A stretch of 64,000 nucleotides of DNA from Eledone cirrhosa (Eukaryota), in NCBI GenBank assembly GCA_964016885.1, contig OZ024740.1, positions 224,254,001 to 224,318,000 on the forward strand. The letters run 5' to 3'. Below, piece by piece: positions 14,138 to 26,590 of the stretch (position 1 is the stretch's first letter; the number at the start of each line of letters is the position of its first letter). A program made the position numbers and the translations under genes. The notes under the pieces are model-generated. The model was not told the DNA's origin and made no database searches. It was given only the letters and a program-made list of their open reading frames with translations.

Positions 14138-17100
14138 GTTCTTTGAGTCTCAGTCATTGATGTTATTTAACTGGAAAGTTTGTTGAAATGAATATCAAGC
14201 CTCTACCTGAAGCCTCATATATTCAGGATGTATCGGAGGATTCCAAAAAGCGGGCTGGACTAATCTTCTTTAACCATCCTTGGAAACTCTTTGAGATAGT
14301 ACCTAGTGCGCCTATGAAAATCGGGACGACCTTGATTTCATGACAGTTCCAAATCCTTTTTAACTCCGTCTTTAAATCCTGGTATCGGTTAATTTTCTCC
14401 CTCTTGCCCTCTCTCGTGTCAAATGGGCAGGCTACATCTATAATCAGGCACGATCTTTTTTCCTTGTCCAAAACCACCAGGTCAGGCCTATTGCATTCTA
14501 ATTTCTTGTCCGTCTGTATCCTAAAATCCCATAGCACCTTCACCTGATCGTTTTCCATCACCGACTCTGGCTTATGCTCATACCACTTCTCAGAATCTGG
14601 TAAATTGTTTACATTGCATAGATGTCAGTGGATCCATCATGTCTCCAGCCTTTATAGTGAGTCTGGACTAGGTGTTTACACTCGGATACAATGTGAGCCA
14701 CAGTCTCCTCCCTCTCTCCACAGATCCTACACAGTGAGCTAACCTCCTCCTTGTCAATATGGTGTTTCACCCAAATCGTTCAGAAGGCTTGCTCTTGTGG
14801 AGCCATTAGCATTCCCTCTGTAGCGTGTTTAAGGTCTCCTCTTTTTAACCAGTTCCATGTCTGTGGATCTCTAAATTCCGTTTTCTTAAAGAAGGTACTA
14901 TGAAGGGATTTTTCATGAAGGTTGCTCTTCCTCCTTGTCGTGATTTTCTCCTTGGACATCCCCTGGTCTATTGTCTTCTCCTTCTGTACAATTTTGAGTA
15001 TTGGCTCCCTACTGTCAGTCACGTATTTGTGTAGGTTGTTTTTCTCCATCTGAACACAGTCATCTATGCTGATAAGACCTCTTCCACCTTCAGATTTCTT
15101 TACGTAGAGTCTATCGACATCACTCATCTTGTGAAACATGTTGTAGATAGTCAATAGCTTCTTAGTCTTCCTATCCATTTTATTTTTTTCAGCAACATTC
15201 CATTTCAGAATTCCTGCACTGTACCTAATAATAGACACAGCTCAGGAATTTACTGCACTTATGACATTCCTATTATTTAGATGTGATTTTAATACGCTCC
15301 TTACTCTCATTATGTACTCAGATCTTATCAATTCCTTCATTTTTTTGTTCTTGATGTCATTTGCCTCCAGAACACCTAAATATTTTTATCCCTCTTCAGT
15401 GTCAATTTCCTTTATCATCTCACCTGTTGGTACCTGGATTCCGTTGGTTCTGCTCAATTTACCCCTCTACATCACTAGGACTCCTCACTTATTAATGTCA
15501 TTGCTGAAAATACGGACAGTGTCAACAAGTACATCCAACTGCTTCTCACTTTTCCCAAAGAGTGTAAGATCTTCCATGAAGAGGAGGTGGTTGATGGTAA
15601 GCTCTCCTTTTCCCAGCTTGTATCCAGCTCTCACTTTTCGCAATATAACGGCCAGGGGTATCAGGGCAAGGGCAAACAGCAGAGGGGACAAACTATATCC
15701 CTGAAAGATACTTCTCTTGATCTTCACGCCTCCCAAGTATTCTCCAGCTGATGTTAACTCTGTTTTCCAGGACTTCATCTTTTGCTCAACAACTGTCTGA
15801 TGTTATCTGCCACCTTGAAGATCTCTAGGCTTTTGGTGATCCAAGAATGAGGTACCATGTCGAATGCCTTTCTATAATCTATCCATCCCATGGCAAGATC
15901 AGTGTGCCTCCTCTTGCAATTCCTCATTACCATCTTATCAATAAGTAACTGGTCTTTTGTACCATGGGACTTCTTTCGGCATCCTTTCTGTTCGTTCGGT
16001 AACAAGTTGTTTATGTGGAGGTGATGGTAGATTTCCTCTGACATAATGCTTGTTAACAGTTTCCACATTACGGACATACATGTGATAGGCCTATTGTTGG
16101 TAACATCATTACCCTTGATTCGGTCTTTCATTACCAGAACTGTCGTACCTTTTGTCAACCACTCTGGTACCTCACCCGACATCAAGCAGTCATTGAACAT
16201 GGTTGCCAGTTTCGGGTGGAGGGATCTTAGATTTTTTAATCTAATACCCTTGCACAACATCTGGTCCTGGTGATTTCCAGTTGGTTAGTTTTTTGGCCTG
16301 CCCTTTAAGAGTTTCAACTGTGATACTCAAATCAGGCTGTTGGTGTGCTTGTTCACTAATCTCCTTTTGAACTGTCTCAATCCACACTACCTGACTATTA
16401 TATTCAACATCCTGCCCCCATATTCCTCTCCAGAATGTCTTAGGCTGTTCCACCTCAGGGATCACGTCATTGTCTCTTTCTTTCCCTTCACGCTGTCCAA
16501 ACAACATCTTCTGGTTGTTGTCAAACATGTAGTTCTCTCTATATTGACTGACTCTGTTCTCATACTGCCTAATCTTTGCCCTTTTTGCTACAATGCGTTG
16601 CTTCAGTTCCTCTATAATAATATTTAGCTTTTTCCCCCTAGTTTTGTATTTTATTTTCAATCTATCTTTAGTGTCTATGTTTTGTAATATCCCATTCAGT
16701 AAGGCCTCAAGCTTTCCAATGTCTTTTCTCATTTCCTTGATTTGACCATTCAGTCGTTTCTTCCACCAAGGTTCTGATCTTTCTTGTTTGTTGTTTCCTC
16801 TCGTTTTTATGCCAAGTAATTTCCTCACCACATTTGCGGTTGCTTTGAGGATATTGTTGCATTGGTGAAGGTTCCTTCCTCGCCTCAAGGTATGGGATGA
16901 CTTTGTTTACCTTAGCTGTTGTTTCTTTTAACTTTTTCCTGTCTACAAATTTTAGGTTCATAGGTTTTCCACTATCATTGTTCATTTCATCTACCACTAA
17001 GTTCAGGATACCAACCAAATCTTGCCCTAGCCCATCAGCATTCATTTCCTCAATGGCCGTATCTTTGTTCCAGGTGTTATTTATTTCAGCATTCAGATCA

Positions 17101-17220
17101 TTGTCTGCTTCGGATGCTTCCTCATTTCTCTCAACCTCCTCACCTTCATTTCCCATTGGACATACTCCACTCTCAATTTCCAATCTAATCTCTCGGCCAA
17201 TGTTTGTTCATCTAATTTAA
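14138..17220 (-). mobile_element. R4/Dong-like non-LTR retrotransposon (RT plus restriction-like endonuclease), 5'-truncated and decayed
   Basis: WKSPGPD, RPITC, WIDYRKAFDMVPHSW, FQGYSLSPLLF, HLLFMEDL; CCHC finger near 14680-14740; RLE motif NRPDLVVLD...IIDVACPFD; both ends abut (TAA)n/(ATT)n, the known Dong target. Confidence 0.88.
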
Positions 17221-17240
17221 ATTATTATTATTATTATTAT

Positions 17241-20200
17241 CGGTCTGTTCGGACGCTTTTTGCTCGCTCCCAGTAAGTCACTTTATTTGCCTATTAAAAT
17301 AATTTGTTGTTAAATATTTTTTGTTGTGTAAGGGATATAAGCCCATAGAGGGGAAAAAGTATAATATTTGGGCCTTTTGACCCAAATATTTGAACATTTT
17401 ACTTTTTAAAAAAAATTGTTTTAAGAAAAAAACAAAAAAAACATGGCTGAGCCACGCCCCACAACAATATGTCTGCTGTCGTCTGACAACGGCGTAAAAG
17501 TTGAGAGGCGGGTTACAACCATTGTTACAACAGACACAACCACAAACAACGTGAACAAAGACAACACTGAGTACATTAATTTTGAAAAGATTACCACACC
17601 AGCTACAACAATAACAGTGTCAACCAAAATAGAGACAACAGAAAAAAATGACAACAAATGCAACAACGATATTAACACCACTAACAAGAAAATAAACAAC
17701 GACAACACCAACAGCAACAATACAAATTGCACCGAAAACAACAACAACGGTGGCTCCAAAGACACAACCAACTACAACAGTGATAACAACAACAACACTA
17801 ACAACACCGTTTGTAGCAGTAGCAATAGCAATATCATCAACAATAAGACCAGTAGCTTCAGTAATAATGGTGCCGCTGAAAAAGGGGCCACTTCTTTCAC
17901 AGGTGTGGCCCGAAATATAGGAACAGTGGTAGTCACGGAGGAGGAAATGGCACTCGCAAGAGCCATGGTGTCGAGAAACGACATCCCAGACCTCGAAGAA
18001 GGGCTCCAACTCCCTATAAGCGTGGATGGAAGGCGCCCAAAGTGCTATCACTGTGGGCAGAAGGGTCACCACAAGGCCTTCTACCCGCAGAAGACAGCCA
18101 AGAAGAGGGCCCCCCCTCCTTCCGACACCTGATCCACTGATACACAGAGCAGGGCAGGCAACAGAGGAAGAAGACCCTTCCATGGTGAGTAGGAGGGCAA
18201 CGTTCGTGGCACCCATACCAAGGCCACGGACAACTAAAGCAGCGGCAGCAGTGGCGGCAACACCATCAGTCGCAGTAGCTACACCGGCGGCAAAATCGCC
18301 GGAGCGGGCTCCACTACCATAACCAACAGAAGTTGAGCTCATGCCCCTCATGGACGCCGCAGGGTCCGACATGGAGTGTGAGGCGGGAGCGAAGTGGAAA
18401 ACGATCTGCCACAAAAAAGAAAAAAGAAAAAAAAACCTTAGCTTCACCCCCCCCCAAAAGCGAAGGCAGACAAAGAGGGGGTAAAGGCTGCAAGGAGACT
18501 TGCAGCAACAACACCACCATCACAATCACCACCACAAGCATCACCACCAACAACAACCACACCACCACCAGCATCACCAAAAATACCAACATCCCAAACA
18601 CAACAAAACACACACACCCAACAGCAACAACAAGAAAACAGTAACAAAATCGCCCCTTCCCCCAAAAATTACACAGCCATAGACATGGCAAATAAAGAAC
18701 TCCTACAACATATAAAGCAGCACACAGACATCACAGAAGAAAGAAACTACTACACCCCACCAACACCAAGAACTCTCCCAACAAACATAAGCATCATTGA
18801 AGTCTCAATAGAACATTACAAACTTTTAAAGCAAAAATTCCCCAACGCAGTTGGAGACTTCGAAGCGTCGGTTACCAAGAGGATATACACCGACATCCTC
18901 TTGGAAACACCCATGACTATCCAAAGGGACGGTTCTACTGTCCCTTCATCACACGATCAAGGGAAATGATCCTTTCTCACTTACCCCGTTTCTCATCCAA
19001 CATGGCTGTACTTAGAATAGGCAGTATAAATGTACGTGGCCTGGGGTCATCTTGGAAGCAGGGTCACTTGCTCAACGACCTCAGGTCACTAAATATAGAT
19101 GTGGTAGCCATCAGCGAGAACAGAATCTCCGAAGCACGATCCTTTGCCCCGATCTTCGGCGGCTATGATGTATACGCATCTCCCAGCCGTCCAGAATCAA
19201 GGGGAGGGGTTGCTGTGCTTTTTCGGAGAGGCTTGGATCTCGCCATATGGGCCATCTTCCTGGACCCGGAAGGTAAGTCGTTGGTGCTGGATGTGAACGG
19301 CAGTGAAGCCAATGCTTTCAGGCTGGTAGCCATCTACGCCCCAATAGGGACAGGACGGCCAGATTTGTTCAGATGTCTAGAGACCTTTCTTGGAACGTCC
19401 CGCTCTTTAGTGTTAGTGAGCGACTGGAACGGTATCTTAGATGCACGCTGGGATTATGTGGGGCTAGTAGACAGGGCAGGAGGGTGTAAAAGCTTCAACA
19501 ACCGGCTCAGACGTTTTGAACTGTCTGACAGGTATAAACTGGATTATCCGAATATGCCAATGTGGACATGGGCAAACCGCATTGGGTCATCCAGATCGTA
19601 TTTAGATAGTGTATTCTGTAGGGAAACAGATAAGGCTAGTGTAGGTTGTCCACAATTTAAAGTAGTCGACTACACGGAACACAAATTTGTAATCTGTCAA
19701 GTTGACTTAGATAGTAAATAGACTCCATAGGCAAGGGCCCGGCTACTGGAAGCTGAACGCATCGTTCCCGGTGCGCAAAGCTTACAGAGACCGGATTAGC
19801 GAGTTAGTTAAGCGTGCGTTGACAGTTGCAATCGTCAACAACAGGTGGTGGTTTACCCTGAAAAGAGCTATTAGAATAGAATCGATAAAGTTTAGCAAAG
19901 GAGTAGTGATAGAGGAAAATAGAATAGAGGGAGAGTTAGTTAGAAAGCTAGAAGAGGCGTTTAGGACAGGCATCGCAACGTGCTTGCGGCGAGATTGCAC
20001 TCGACCAATTCTTCAACGCAAAGCATGAAGGCTGCGTTGTCAGAGCTAGACACGACAGGAGGAAAGCCGTTCAATGGGCCCGGGTGGTGGAGGCACGACG
20101 TGGCAACAAAGCCACAATTCGATCTTGGCCTGATCAAAACGGGCGCTTCTGCTCGAACCCAAGCAGATGTGTGCGGCTTTTCAACGGCACTTTGCTCAAT

Positions 20201-22631
20201 TGTTCGGGACCGGCGGCGAGCCGGATCGGAGTATGGACTTCGGTGCATACCTCAACGGACTGCCGCGGCTCTCGACGACCGCAGCACAGTGCTGTGAAAA
20301 GCCGATAACAGCAGGTTAAATATGAAGCGCGATGTCTGACTGCAATAGGGGTAAATCGCCAGGTTTGGATTGTCTGCCCTACTAGCTTTGTGCGTATATG
20401 CCAGCCTTGTTCGGCGACCTCTTGGTAGATGTCTACTGCAACTGGCAGCTGAACGGAAGCTTTCCCAGTTTTGTGAGCCTGGGAGCGGTGGCGCTGCTGA
20501 GAAATGACCCGAACATGGGGGACGTTATAGACAACTTCATGCCCATAACTTTGCTAAATGCAGAGTTTAAGATTTTGGCCAAGGTGTTAGCAAAGAAATT
20601 GGCGCTTGTCGTCGTTGATCTGATGGGAGAAGCGCAGATATGCGCCATTCCGGACAGATCCATCCACGGCAACCTCCATCTCATGTGATACATCATAGAG
20701 AGGGTGGTTAAGGAACCTGGCATGCGTGGGGCCCTGATCAACTTGGATCAATCTAAAGCATTTGATAGGGTCGACCATCGGTACCTGGCTGCGGTCCTCG
20801 ATGCGCCGACTTTGGGCCGATTTTTAGGGGCTGGAACGCTGCGATACACAGTGACATCTGCTTGATTGTGAGGGTGAATGGTCACCTGTCGCAGCCTTTT
20901 AGCATCATGCGCTCGGCCTGACAGGTTTGCCCCTTCTCGTCCCTCTTGTACGTACTAGCCCTCGAGCCGTTACTGCACAACTTGGAGATGATGAGGATGG
21001 TCACACGCGAACTGGGATGCGGGAGATCCGTGTCAGCTTACGCCGACGACGTCAACGTGGTGGTGTCGAGCAGCAAACACGTCCAGATAGTCGGCACCAT
21101 TCTCAAGGAATACAAAGCGGTGACAGGAGCAAAGATAAACCAGGAAAAGTCGGTGGGATTGCAGCTCGGCACCTGGAGAGGCAAGTTCATGCCGTCCGAC
21201 AGTGCCATGGGGCGCTGGACGCAAGGACTGGTTAAATTGACCGGCTCTGGTTCGGTACAGACCTCCAGCTTGAGAAAAACTGGAGCGAGGTGACGAGCAG
21301 GGTGGCCTCTCTCACCCAGAAATGGGCCGAGAGGAGGCTGTCTTTGAAAGGTCGGGCGGAGGTGGCGAATGTGTACATAGCGTCCGTCATCTGCTACTGC
21401 CTGACCGTTGTACCTTTCCACCGCCCAACTCTGACCAAAATGGAGCACCTCCTCTTCCACTTTTTGTGGAAGGGACGTGCTCCCATGGCCAGACGATCCA
21501 TTTGCTCTCAACACCCTTTGCATAGAGGACTAGGCATGCCGTGGCTGATGATTCTCAAACATGCACTGAGGCTGCGACATCTCTGCTGCTTCCTTGACGG
21601 TGAACAGGTGTGGTCGCCGTTTGCCAGACGTGCTTTTCCCCAGCTCGTCTCCTTGATGGAGCTGCAGTCCTGGATCAGGAAAACACCGAGGGATAGCGCT
21701 TGGATGCTGGTAAGTCTCCAACGCCCACCGCCCTCTACCGGCTGGGCACTAGTATCGGTGTAACTTCCATCTCGGCGTTTTATAGAGGGCTAGTGGAAGG
21801 AAAGGGCTACGACGTTCTTGGGATGACCCTAGCCGTCGAAGACGATCAAATGTTCGCTCTCTTTAATAGAACTTTCAGACCGGGTCCTATGGACAACTTC
21901 CAGAAATCCATGGCAGTGCTACCGGGGAGCGTTGCCAGTTTGGGATAAGCTCTACAGGCACAGAGGTACTGTCAATTGAGCCTGTCCGAGATGCGCGCTG
22001 GGTGACGAAACCATCCTGCACGCACTCGTTTAGTGGCCAAGGACTGCTGACTTGTGGAGCTATGTCGAACAGCTGCTGTCGCGTGTAGGACGGATCCGGC
22101 TATTGACTGAGTCCATTGTGCAGATAGCCCCTCCCTCTTCCTTTAAAGAGGGGGAAGGGCAGGCAGTTTTCATCTGCCTGGTGGCCATGGCAAAAGAGAT
22201 TGTGTTTTGGACAAGGTTGAAAGGTTTGAAGACAGACACTTTCCTCTCCGGCCAATCTCTTCAAATGAAGAGGAAAATCAGGGTGGAGAGGCAAGTAAGG
22301 TTTTCTAGTAAGTTTGTTGAAAGGTGGGTGAAAGTGTCTGAGTTTACGCCTGTAGACTGAGGAGTGGGAAAAGTGAGAGAGGGCGCTTGCCCCGGTGGTC
22401 AGGGTGGTTGTATGTCTTTTGTGTGGTTTTCACCACGAGTGACCCTCGGAGGTTTACCCCTTTTTGGGGAATTTTTGTTGTTTCAATTTTTTTGATTTCT
22501 ATCCTGATTTTTATCTTGTTATAACCTATTTACACGACCAAAACCCACTTTGTATCGTCCTGTACTGTTCTGTGCTGTCTCTAATGTTTTTCTTCGTGTC
22601 AACCCTTGTCGCCAATAAAGAAACCATTATT
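17241..22631 (+). mobile_element. Tx1 subfamily A copy 2, near full length, decayed
   Basis: Starts right after (ATT)n; ORF1 from 17443 with internal deletion; ORF2 ATG 19002 with APE, RT (SAYADD) and zf-RVT remnants; ends AATAAAGAAACCATTATT. Confidence 0.92.
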
Positions 22632-22633
22632 AA

Positions 22634-22832
22634 GGCGGTGAATTGGCAGTATCGGTAGGGGCTCGGACGCCATGCTCTGCAGCATAATTACGTCCCTTTA
22701 CGATCTGAGCTCAAATCCCGCCGAGGTTGACTTTGCCTCTCATCCTTACGAGGTCGATAAAATAAAGTACCAGTAATGCACTGGGTAATTGCTGGCCTTG
22801 TGCCTAAAGTAGAAACAATTATTATTATTATT
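22634..22832 (+). mobile_element. tRNA-derived SINE, full length, with (ATT)n tail
   Basis: GGCGGTGAATTGGCAGTATCGG (A box), GAGCTCAAATCC (B-box-like), central GCCTCTCATCCTTACGAGGTCGATAAAATAAAGTACCAG, tail (ATT)n. Confidence 0.88.
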
Positions 22833-23034
22833 TTTATTTACTTTCATTATTGTTTCTGAGATATATGCTGAGTTTCTTCCTGACACCTAGGGCAAATAAA
22901 TTCACAGTGTGCATTGGTAAGCCAGTCAATACAGCAAATTGATTATAATTTAAAAAAAAAAAAAAAAAATTATTATTATTATTAATATTATTATTATTAT
23001 TGATACTTTATTTTATCCATTTATTTTATTTTAT

Positions 23035-23142
23035 AATAATTGTTTCTACTTTAGGCACAAGGCCAGCAATTACCTAATGCATGTGTGGTACTTTATTTTT
23101 CGGGTAATTGCTGGCCTTGTGCCTAAAGTAGAAACAATTATT
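23035..23142. mobile_element. Two inverted SINE 3' ends (~40-bp inverted repeat)
   Basis: AATAATTGTTTCTACTTTAGGCACAAGGCCAGCAATTACC and its reverse complement at 23103-23142. Confidence 0.85.
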
Positions 23143-23159
23143 ATTATTATTATTATTAT

Positions 23160-23430
23160 TATATCTGTAAACTAAAGGTGGAAAACTGGGAGAGGGCACT
23201 TGCCTTGGTGGTCAGGGTCATTGTGGCTTTTTACTGGGCTTTCTCCACAAATGTCCCTCCGAAGTCTCCCCCCTATTGGGGAATTTTTCATTGTTATTTT
23301 CATTGTTATTTTTGTTACATCCTCTGTTTTTGTTTTTTTACACGCAGAAATGCCCATTTGTACCATCCTGCATTGTCCTGCACTGTCCTTAATGTCTACT
23401 TTATGTAAACCCTTGTGGTTAATAAAGAAA

Positions 23431-23476
<46 letters not shown>
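23160..23476 (+). mobile_element. Tx1 subfamily B 3' UTR-only insertion flanked by (ATT)n
   Basis: Near-identical to 13862-14137; (ATT)n on both sides. Confidence 0.9.
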
Positions 23477-25254
23477 CATCATCATTATCATTATTTGAAA
23501 CTTCCTTTGAATTCTGCTTTTTCATAAATCATGCTGAGTGTCAACCTAATACCTGAAGCAAAATTTGATAATATATACATTTTACAATTAATTGTCATAC
23601 AAATGATGCCACAACGGCACAAACAACAGTAAGTATCTTTGCAAAAATCACCATTTTTCCATACCCGTATCAGGGTGTTCTGTCATCTTCTATGTTTACA
23701 TTAGATATTTGCTGACAACATAGTTAATGGTTGCTGAGGTTTTATGAGATCTCAGTTGAATTCAAATAAACCTATCAAATGGTGGAAGAGCCTGACACAG
23801 GAAAGCCAATGACCAATCTGAACTTAAGAGTACACAATTACCCCAGTTTTTCAGCCTATTGAAAAACACCATGATGAAATTGAGACACTTAATTACCATT
23901 CCAAATCTGTTGGGGGATAAAAAAGATCATGCCCTCTACTGCATTTCTGGAGATAGAGAAATGGGAGAGTCATTCAAGTGTAAGACAAACTATCTTTCAA
24001 TATTTGTTTGGCTCTCTCGGTTCAAATCCTACCAAGGTCAATTTTGCCATTCATCCTTCTTTCTGAGGTTGATAAATAAAAAATACCAGTTCAACTCCCT
24101 AATGGGAGTGTTAAATCTTTGAACGAATTAGTTTGTTATATTTGTTTCCCCCTTATGCACTCTGAGTTCAAGTCATACTATGGATTTCTTAAATGATAGA
24201 CTTAATCTGTTATTTAGTTTAACACCACCTCCTGGACCTTAAGTGCTTTTAGCAGAGTCCACTGTCATCCAACCTATTGTGGCAGGTCTTGGATTTAGTG
24301 GTATCTTCCTCCCTTTTTTCCACTGATGTCAGTAGCCTTGAAAATGATCATGGGTACTGCTATTTCTTCCCTGATTAAACAGTAAAAAATATGTATGGCA
24401 TAAAACCAATCCAAACCACAAAATAATAATATGTAGAAATTCCTTTGTAGTTGGCACTATGAATGTACAAATTCCTATATAATCCTTTGTAGGAATATAC
24501 AAACGTTGTATCAATCTGGAAGAGAACACTAAATACATATGATGGGAAGATATTCTTGACTATTATAAGGTTTTCTGCATCAAGAAGGACAGCCTGTGAA
24601 GAATTTCTGACAGATAATGAGCATAAAATATTGTTTAGCTGGGAAGAAAGCAAACATGAAAATGGGGTAGGCTTCATTGTGCATAAAAATACCTTAAATT
24701 CCGTAATGTATTCACAACTGATTCTCAGCAGAATATATAGAATAAACCTGACAGCTAAGCCATGCAACTTCTTAATCATCAAAGTTTAGATTCCACCTAG
24801 CATTTACAATGAGAAAACAGTGAAAAAATTCCATCAAAATCTAGTAATAAAAAATATATAAAATGACATATGAGCAATACATAAAAGACATACTTATGAC
24901 AATTCAATGTCACTGAAATGCCACGATTTGATCATATGTTCATGATACTTGGGAAAGAACAGTTGGCTTAGAACTAACAGCCAGGGAGTAAGGTTATTAA
25001 AATTTGCAATATAACAAAATTAAAGAAAATATGATAAATTAGCATAACTCATGATAAACAATAATATGACATTCACCTGGAGGTTGTATAATAACCAGAT
25101 TGATTCTATTCTATTCTGCAAATATAGGAATTTAGTATAACTGGTCGCTTTTTTCAAGTGCAGATATAGGCAGTAATTACAAAATGTTATGAATTGCAAT
25201 AAAACTTTATATATTCAGTATAAATCAAGATTTTCTAAGTGCAGACATCACCAT

Positions 25255-25680
25255 TCTTCTTCTTCTTCTTCTTCTTCTTCTTCTTCTTCTTCTTCTTCTT
25301 CTTCTTCTCCTCCCACTTATTCCTTAGAGGGTCGTGAGGGCAGAGCCCTCAAACGCTCCTTCCACTGGGTCTTGTCAGAAACAACCATCTCCAACTAATT
25401 TGGTGAGATTAGCCAAGCTCATAGATTTTATTCAACCATCTTGCTTGTGGTCTACCCCTGGATCTCCTGTTGTTTAGTTTGGCCTGTAAAATCTGTTCAG
25501 GGATTCCTTCTTGAGACAATCTAATGACATGCCTGTAATGTTGAGGCTGTGATCTCTCAATTTGGAGAAGTAGCAGCTCTATATGGAGCAACTCACTGAT
25601 TTCTGAGCTACGTACCCTATCAACAATTTCACTCCAAAGACCCTTCGGAGGAACCCAATTTCAGTTGCTTGATTTCATGA
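25255..25680 (-). mobile_element. RTE-like LINE 3' end with (GAA)n tail
   Basis: ORF 25409-25591 IERSQ..HVIRL...RSRGRPQARW is typical of an RTE C-terminus; (CTT)n at 25255-25307 is the tail. Confidence 0.7.
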
Positions 25681-25755
25681 CATAAGCAGTGATTACAATA
25701 AGATTTAAACTCAAATCAATCAAGAGGAGTCAAAAATGTAAAGACTGAACATAAT

Positions 25756-25842
25756 TGTTTCTACTTTAGGCACAAGGCCAGCAATTACCCAGTGCATTAC
25801 TGGTACTTTATTTTATCGACCCCGTAAGGATGAAAGGCAAAG
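25756..25842 (-). mobile_element. 5'-truncated SINE with 18-bp target-site duplication
   Basis: TSD GTAAAGACTGAACATAAT at 25738-25755 and 25843-25860. Confidence 0.9.
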
Positions 25843-26246
25843 GTAAAGACTGAACATAATGAGAGAAGTTAAAGCACAGATAGGAGTAAAATGAAAATCT
25901 GTATCTTTTTAAAAATTAAATGCAAATAATGAAGAATTAACAGAAGCTTTTGAAGAAATTATAACAGCAGCTGATTCAATTCTTAGTAAAAAGAAGAATG
26001 TTCAAGAATTCTTAACCAAATAAGATGTTTTAATTAGTTATGATGAAATGGAATATAGATTGGTCGATAGGAAAGTAAAGCATAAAATTAAGGCAGCTAA
26101 AGACACAAAGATTAACAAATATTTGCCAGGGTAAAGAAAAATATCATAAAGAAAATAACTGAGGAAAAGTATGTCATTAAAAATATCAATTGTTGCAATG
26201 ACAAAAAGCACAAAGAACACCTTCTATTCTGCTCTGGTACTACAAC

Positions 26247-26590
26247 AAAAGCACTCAGTTCATCCTGTAAGGTGATAGTGATGGTTACATGAGAAAAATC
26301 ACCCAGTTCACACTGTAAGGTGGCCTTGCTGGTGACACAACAAAAGGGGGCCCAGTCCACTTTGTAAGGTGGTTGTGTTGGTGACACTACAAAAATGCCC
26401 ACTCTACACTGTAAAATGGTCATGTTGGTGATATGAGAAAAAGTGTCTAGTTCACCTTGTAAGGTGGTTGTATCTGTGTCACAACAAAAAGCACCTAGTT
26501 CACACTGCAAGGTGCCATGATAAAAAGCACCCAGTCTACACTAACGGAGTTAGTGCTATGAAGGGCATCCAGCGATAGAAACTCAGCCAA
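26247..26590 (+). repeat. Degenerate ~47-bp tandem repeat (6-7 units) of an RTE/SINE 3' region
   Basis: Units like AAAAGCACCCAGTYCACACTGTAAGGTGG..GTTGGTGACAC followed by GAAGGGCATCCAGC; same motif at 30630-30850 and 41255-41470. Confidence 0.75.

Larger units (their letters stand above)
24556..26215 (+). mobile_element. Old RTE-like LINE, APE endonuclease region, interrupted by later insertions
   Basis: HKILFSWEESKHENGVGFIVHK...SRIYRINL...IIKV resembles RTE APE; degraded; boundaries approximate. Confidence 0.6.

Noticed and set aside
22634-22715. tRNA gene
   Set aside because: A and B boxes belong to a SINE head; no cloverleaf, and it continues into SINE core and tail
26247-26590. CRISPR-like ~47-bp periodic repeats
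   Set aside because: Whole units are degenerate copies of each other and recur in RTE/SINE 3' regions at 30.6 and 41.3 kb
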